A model generated the notes under the pieces. It had not been told where the DNA came from and made no database searches. It was given only the letters and a program-made list of their open reading frames with translations. A program made the translations under genes and the position numbers. A stretch of 64,000 bases of DNA from Candidatus Cloacimonadales bacterium (GTDB taxonomy: Bacteria > Cloacimonadota > Cloacimonadia > Cloacimonadales > JAFGVF01), in the NCBI GenBank assembly GCA_963677495.2, contig CAXXOU010000004.1:1-64000 (forward strand). Reading direction: 5' to 3'. Shown piece after piece: positions 63,208-64,000 of the stretch. The stretch's first letter is position 1; every line of letters starts with the position of its first letter.

Positions 63208-63249
63208 GTAGCAGTCCCCAAGCTCGTAAACTCGCACAGGTGACTGCTA
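63208..63249 (+). repeat. REP-like element, family 2 (starts with GTAG)
   Basis: GTAGCAGTCCCCAAGCTCGTAAACTCGCACAGGTGACTGCTA; near-identical to the reverse of 42687-42722. Confidence 0.8.
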
Positions 63250-63362
63250 ATATATTTGTAGATTGACTTATATTTTGTGTTATAGGCAGTGATAAGCTCT
63301 TTCCAAGCTGGGAGTCTAAAGCTATTGGAGATTTTCTAAGACTTCGATAGTATCCTCACTCT

Positions 63363-64000
63363 TTAAAAGCTTATCCCAATACCTGCATAAGGAACAAAAT
63401 CACGTAGTCCCGGATGTTCAGGTTCTTCATCAATTGGTACTGCATCAGAGTTGTTCTGGAACCAGCCATAATCATCTTCATAGTACCAATAACGTTTTTC
63501 ATCGTAATTATCTTTGTTGATATAAGCACCAAACTCAATTGTTGTGGAGACATACTTGTTTAGTTTCTTCTCAATTTCTATATGCATATCGAATGGTATT
63601 GTTGAACTATGCCAAATCCTTTTATCTTTTCCATCTTCAATAATCACAAGTTCCAGTCTCTCTCCGTTATGCTCGAAGTTGTAATTGAATGATGTCGCAA
63701 GCTTAAAGTCGGCTTCAATCATTACTCGTGCCATTCTGTCTTTGGAGTAAAAAGCATGTCCTAAGCTAACAGATGCAAAGGTAAACTGAGTAAACTCCGG
63801 TGAGATTGTGAAGTCATTAAGTCCACCAAACCCAATTGTCCAATAGTTGCGTTCTTTTTCATTTGTAGGTATAAACAATGTCCTTTTCAAAACAAAGGGT
63901 ATTCTAACCATAACATTGCTTTGATAACCTCCTATCAGAAAGGGAGATTTTGACCTTTCATTCTTTGAAAATAATCCCTGGAGTGTCTCTGTTTCCCAAA
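63363..64000 (-). CDS. 3' part of a probable outer-membrane protein (starts beyond the window)
   Basis: Frame stays open from 64000 through the ORF-track start at 63911; C-terminal PYAGIGISF barrel signature. Confidence 0.7.
   Translation of the reverse strand, partial: WETETLQGLFSKNERSKSPFLIGGYQSNVMVRIPFVLKRTLFIPTNEKERNYWTIGFGGLNDFTISPEFTQFTFASVSLGHAFYSKDRMARVMIEADFKLATSFNYNFEHNGERLELVIIEDGKDKRIWHSSTIPFDMHIEIEKKLNKYVSTTIEFGAYINKDNYDEKRYWYYEDDYGWFQNNSDAVPIDEEPEHPGLRDFVPYAGIGISF

Overview
AT-rich bacterial chromosome segment. The 16S sequence and gene content (PorV-like barrel, YPNP(F/V) C-terminal sorting-domain proteins, kamDE) suggest an anaerobic amino-acid fermenter, most likely Cloacimonadota; this is inference, no search was run. 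Core content: tRNA-Leu, one complete rrn operon (16S-Ile-Ala-23S-5S), a PorV / M6-protease / membrane-protein operon, ovoA, ornithine/lysine decarboxylase, kamDE, a 2-oxoacid dehydrogenase E1a-E1b-E2-E3 operon, cls, ruvX, mltG, amtB, a TolC-MFP-GldAFG-like operon, aroDE, an aroC-chorismate mutase fusion, miaA, mutL and a MacAB-like exporter. The most unusual signal is intergenic. (i) Seven arrays each carry a short core repeated five times at exactly 11-bp spacing, with five different cores. Most are mirrored by an inverted arm, and two instead abut an inverted DnaA-box-like pair. Two of the array loci precede paralogous, uncharacterised 150-aa genes. (ii) An IS200-type HUH transposase is flanked by ~150-bp three-hairpin REPIN-like units, with a further unit 36 kb away. 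(iii) A second REP-like hairpin family and a ~480-bp modular composite repeat (two copies) are also present. No CRISPR array, prophage or integrase was seen.
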